Shown: positions 62,894 to 64,000 of the stretch, in pieces
Position numbering within the stretch: position 1 is the first letter of the stretch
How the letters are laid out: every line of letters starts with the position of its first letter
Source of the DNA: Macrostomum lignano
Lineage: Eukaryota
DNA: 64,000 nucleotides
Assembly: GCA_002269645.1 (NCBI GenBank)
Contig: NIVC01000751.1
Span: 124,001-188,000, forward strand
Reading direction: 5' to 3'
Program-made: the position numbers and the translations under genes
Notes under the pieces: model-generated
What the model saw: the letters and a program-made list of their open reading frames with translations, nothing else
Databases searched by the model: none
What the model was told of the DNA's origin: nothing

Positions 62894-63524
62894 GATCTTC
62901 ACCCCGTCTGATCCGTCACCCCATCTGATCCATCACCCACCTGATTCCTCACCCCATCTGATTCCTCACCCCATCTGATCCGTCACCCCATCTGATCCGT
63001 CACCCCATCTGATCCATCACCCCACCTGATTCCTCACCCCATCTGATTCCTCACCCCATCTGATCCGTCACCCCATCTGATCCGTCACCCCATCTGATCC
63101 GTCACCCCATCTGATCCATCACCCCACCTGATTCCTCACCCCATCTGATTCCTCACCCCATCTGATCTGTCACCCCATCTGATCCATCACCCCACCTGAT
63201 TCCTCACCCCATCTGATTCCTCACCCCATCTGATCTGTCACCCCATCTGATCCATCACCCCACCTGATTCCTCACCCCATCTGATCCCTCACCCCATCTG
63301 ATTCCTCACCCCATCTGATCCCTCACCCCATCTGATTCCTCACCCCATCTGATCCCTCACCCCATCTGATTCCTCACCCCATCTGATCCCTCACCCCATC
63401 TGATTCCTCACCCCATCTGATCCCTCACCCCATCTGATTCCTCACCCCATCTGATCCCTCACCCCATCTGATCCCTCACCCCATCTGATTCCTCACCCCA
63501 TCTGATCCTTCAGCCCATCTGATC
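62894..63524. repeat. 17-bp satellite, array 6
   Basis: About 37 units, mostly GATTCCTC/GATCCCTC variants. Confidence 0.95.
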
Positions 63525-64000
63525 ATGCACCTTTATCATTCAATGTAGATAATTACATTCGGTCCGAATTCTGATTTTGTGATTTTATTTTGATACATCC
63601 TATACTTTATGCGTAGGAAACCTAGTCTAACCCAGATTCCAGACTCTAAGGTAGCTCGTGCATTTGCGTTGTATCAAGAATTAGTACAGTTTAATTGTAT
63701 TTCGGTCACTCGGTAAAGAACTGTCTATGTTAATTATAATTAACGAAACACAATACGATTCGAAGGGACCAGCTGCTGCTATTATAAAATTATGCATGAC
63801 GGGACTGGCGCTTCTAAAAATATTACTGAGTAACTGCTGAATTTTGGCTGTGTGCTTAAAATTGGCGCTATATACGAGCGTACAAAGGAGCGTACATACT
63901 AGCGTACAAAGGAGCGTACATACGAGCGTACAGACAAAAATTCGTTCCTAGTTAAATAGCCGCAAATGGGAAATACTTCATAATGAGAAATACTTGCGAC

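Noticed and set aside
44801-63524. 17-bp arrays separated by unique-looking blocks as a CRISPR-like locus
   Set aside because: Units are directly tandem with no spacers, the intervening blocks are copies of each other, no cas genes are present, and the context is eukaryotic.

Overview
Eukaryotic (animal) genomic DNA; no prokaryotic features or CRISPR arrays. GC-rich poly-Gln/Ala exons, minisatellite-filled introns and expanded GIMAPs suggest a flatworm such as Macrostomum (inference only). 1-33 kb: two spliced minus-strand genes, reconstructed by hand from GT-AG sites with phase-consistent junctions. One is a 7-exon, 12-finger C2H2 protein whose last finger and last exon need a 1-nt frameshift correction. 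The other is a complete 10-exon THOC2 in which each of the 9 introns carries its own minisatellite. 33-40 kb: AT-rich region with a degenerate mariner and MITE/foldback elements. 40-64 kb: a GIMAP/AIG1 GTPase cluster with three intact two-exon genes and four intronless GIMAP-derived cassettes plus the start of a fifth. The cassettes are bracketed by arrays of a 17-bp satellite (CTGATCCTTCACCCCAT). Two R1/LOA-like LINE copies have their 5' ends at the same position of that satellite. Also present: a Tc1/IS630-like remnant and a CORE-SINE whose A-box has expanded into a telomere-like (TAACCAC)n array. Most long ORFs in the track are artefacts of stop-free repeats. Best candidate for an undescribed system: the satellite-bracketed GIMAP cassette and its associated LINE. 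All alignments and counts were done by eye.
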